Shown piece after piece: positions 62,491 through 64,000 of a stretch of 64,000 nt of DNA. Under the pieces are notes generated by a model. That model saw nothing but the letters and a program-made list of their open reading frames with translations. It was not told the DNA's origin and searched no databases. The DNA is from Lepidodermella squamata (taxonomy: Eukaryota; Animalia; Gastrotricha), in NCBI GenBank assembly GCA_047495785.1, contig JBLDXI010000013.1, positions 3,968,001 to 4,032,000 on the forward strand, given 5' to 3'. A program made the translations under genes and the position numbers. How positions within the stretch are numbered: position 1 is the first letter of the stretch; every line of letters begins with the position of its first letter.

Positions 62491-64000
62491 ATGGTTAAAG
62501 CAATGCTTTCTGCTATTAAAATCAGCCTAAGCGATGATCGCTTGAAACCTTTCGATTATACTCCAACACCACCGCCGACGAGAATATTCAAAATAGATCC
62601 CGATGAAGATGAGGGACTGGATCCACCTAGAAGCTATGTATCTTTGGCTACAGAAGCTTTGCTTAAAAACCGATCCTCGATTAGGCGACCTCAAAGCACT
62701 GATTTCTCGATTTCGCAATGCCGCGATCGCCGTTGGCAGCGAAGCGTTGATAACGTTCAAGGGGATGATCAAAACAGCGAAGATGACGACAATTTAGATG
62801 GATTGATAACAGATGATGGCGAGGAGATTTACAAGATGCATCATAAGGAACCGGCTATGACGATTCCTGTCATGCGCAGGACTTGGAAACAGTGCTTCAA
62901 ACGCTTCGGAATCTATTTCCTGTTTGTGTTTGCTGTTGCGGTTTTACACGCAGGCATTTGGTCCCTGTTCTGGGCTTGTACCGATTTGAATAATCCTCAC
63001 TACAGTCATTATTTGTTGCTCGAACCTGGTAAGTAAGATTTTAATAAGCAGACTCAAATTTAGAATTAAGATCTTCTATAGCATTGAATTTTCGGCCGAA
63101 ACCTAGAGGTGATGATTGGGGTACCTTCATTCAGGTTAGACCACATCTCCTCGTTTCATGATTCACTTTTCTTGGCGATTTTTCCTAGTACAATCGAAGA
63201 GATCTCGATGCGATCAATGAGCTGGTGGGATCTATGGATGAAGCTGTTGAGAGTAATAAATCCATGAAAACACTAAGATTTTCAAGATTTAATGTTACAA
63301 TTTCAAAGTGTATGAGGAGCAAGAACTGCCGGATAATGGAAATGGCGATCACCACACTTGGACGAAAGTTTGCAACCCTGATAACCCGGCTGATGATGAA
63401 AATGCATGCTGGATTGATTCTCGAGCTTTTGGTACTTACTGCTATAAAACTCAGGTAAACCGAACAACTTATAAAATTTTCAAAATTTTTATGAATTTAT
63501 TATTACTAATAGTACTATGGTTATAACGATGGTTAGTTTATTTTGAAACTGAACTCAATTTAGACGTTCATACAAGTTTTTAACAGGTAAACCGGTAATT
63601 TGTTTTAATTGAATTAAAAACGACGCTCGAGATTTGCAATTGACACAGTGCATTCTCATCCGCATCAACAGAGTCGTAAATTGGGTAAAATTTGAAATTT
63701 AACAGTTCAAAATTAATGCAAAATTGTTTGAATCAACTAAATTTACAGGTTCCAGAACCATATGAAAATTTCTGGGCTTTGAAAGAAGCTGGTTTCCCTC
63801 TGGATTGGAAAGAGGAGGACTACAACCCTGGTTACATCCCGATTTCATGCGAAGGGAAGGTGTGAAAAATTGTCCCCAAAGCAAAACCCTAAAAACGCGA
63901 TATTTTGCAGACTGATACCGATAAAGAGCTGCTTGGTCCGATTGAATATCACTATCCGATCAAGGGTTATAATGGAATAGCCACGTATTATTTCCCCTTC
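62491..64000 (+). CDS. ATP1B: Na,K-ATPase beta subunit-like, copy 3 (partial, runs off window end)
   Basis: Paralogue of copy 2: EPALNFRPKPRGDDWGTF, YGYNDGKPCILIRINRVVNWVP, ISCEG, YYFPF. Confidence 0.87.

Overview
This is not prokaryotic DNA. It is gene-dense genomic DNA from a compact-genome invertebrate animal, with many ~50-60 nt GT-AG introns; the taxon cannot be fixed from sequence alone. Splicing by hand gives, in order: the 3' end of an unknown gene; a small coiled-coil ORF ending in an LC8-type TQT motif; a ~1,200-aa polyQ/low-complexity protein with a C-terminal KIAA0513/SBF2-type domain; casein kinase 1 alpha; GPAA1; three tandem 12-exon secreted PAN(apple)+fibrinogen-related-domain genes with orphan exon fragments and a CAC..GTG DNA transposon; two Ly6/three-finger-like GPI-type genes flanking a ~0.9-kb palindrome; cytochrome c1; a PEBP; a 5'-truncated LINE; UBE2V/MMS2; Spire; a ~1,900-aa secreted LRR-PAN-mucin-sushi-CUB protein; and three tandem Na,K-ATPase beta-like genes. 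The most interesting signals are: (1) the PAN-FReD cluster, with a perfectly homogenised PAN-exon tract, patchwork identity elsewhere and donor-like exon fragments, a candidate gene-conversion-driven recognition system; (2) homogenised exons and UTRs but unalignable introns in the Ly6 pair; (3) a sushi domain split by a ~300-aa insert carrying convertase sites; (4) intron turnover and 8-nt microexons among the Na,K-beta paralogues. All gene models and family calls come from reading motifs by eye; no database search was run.
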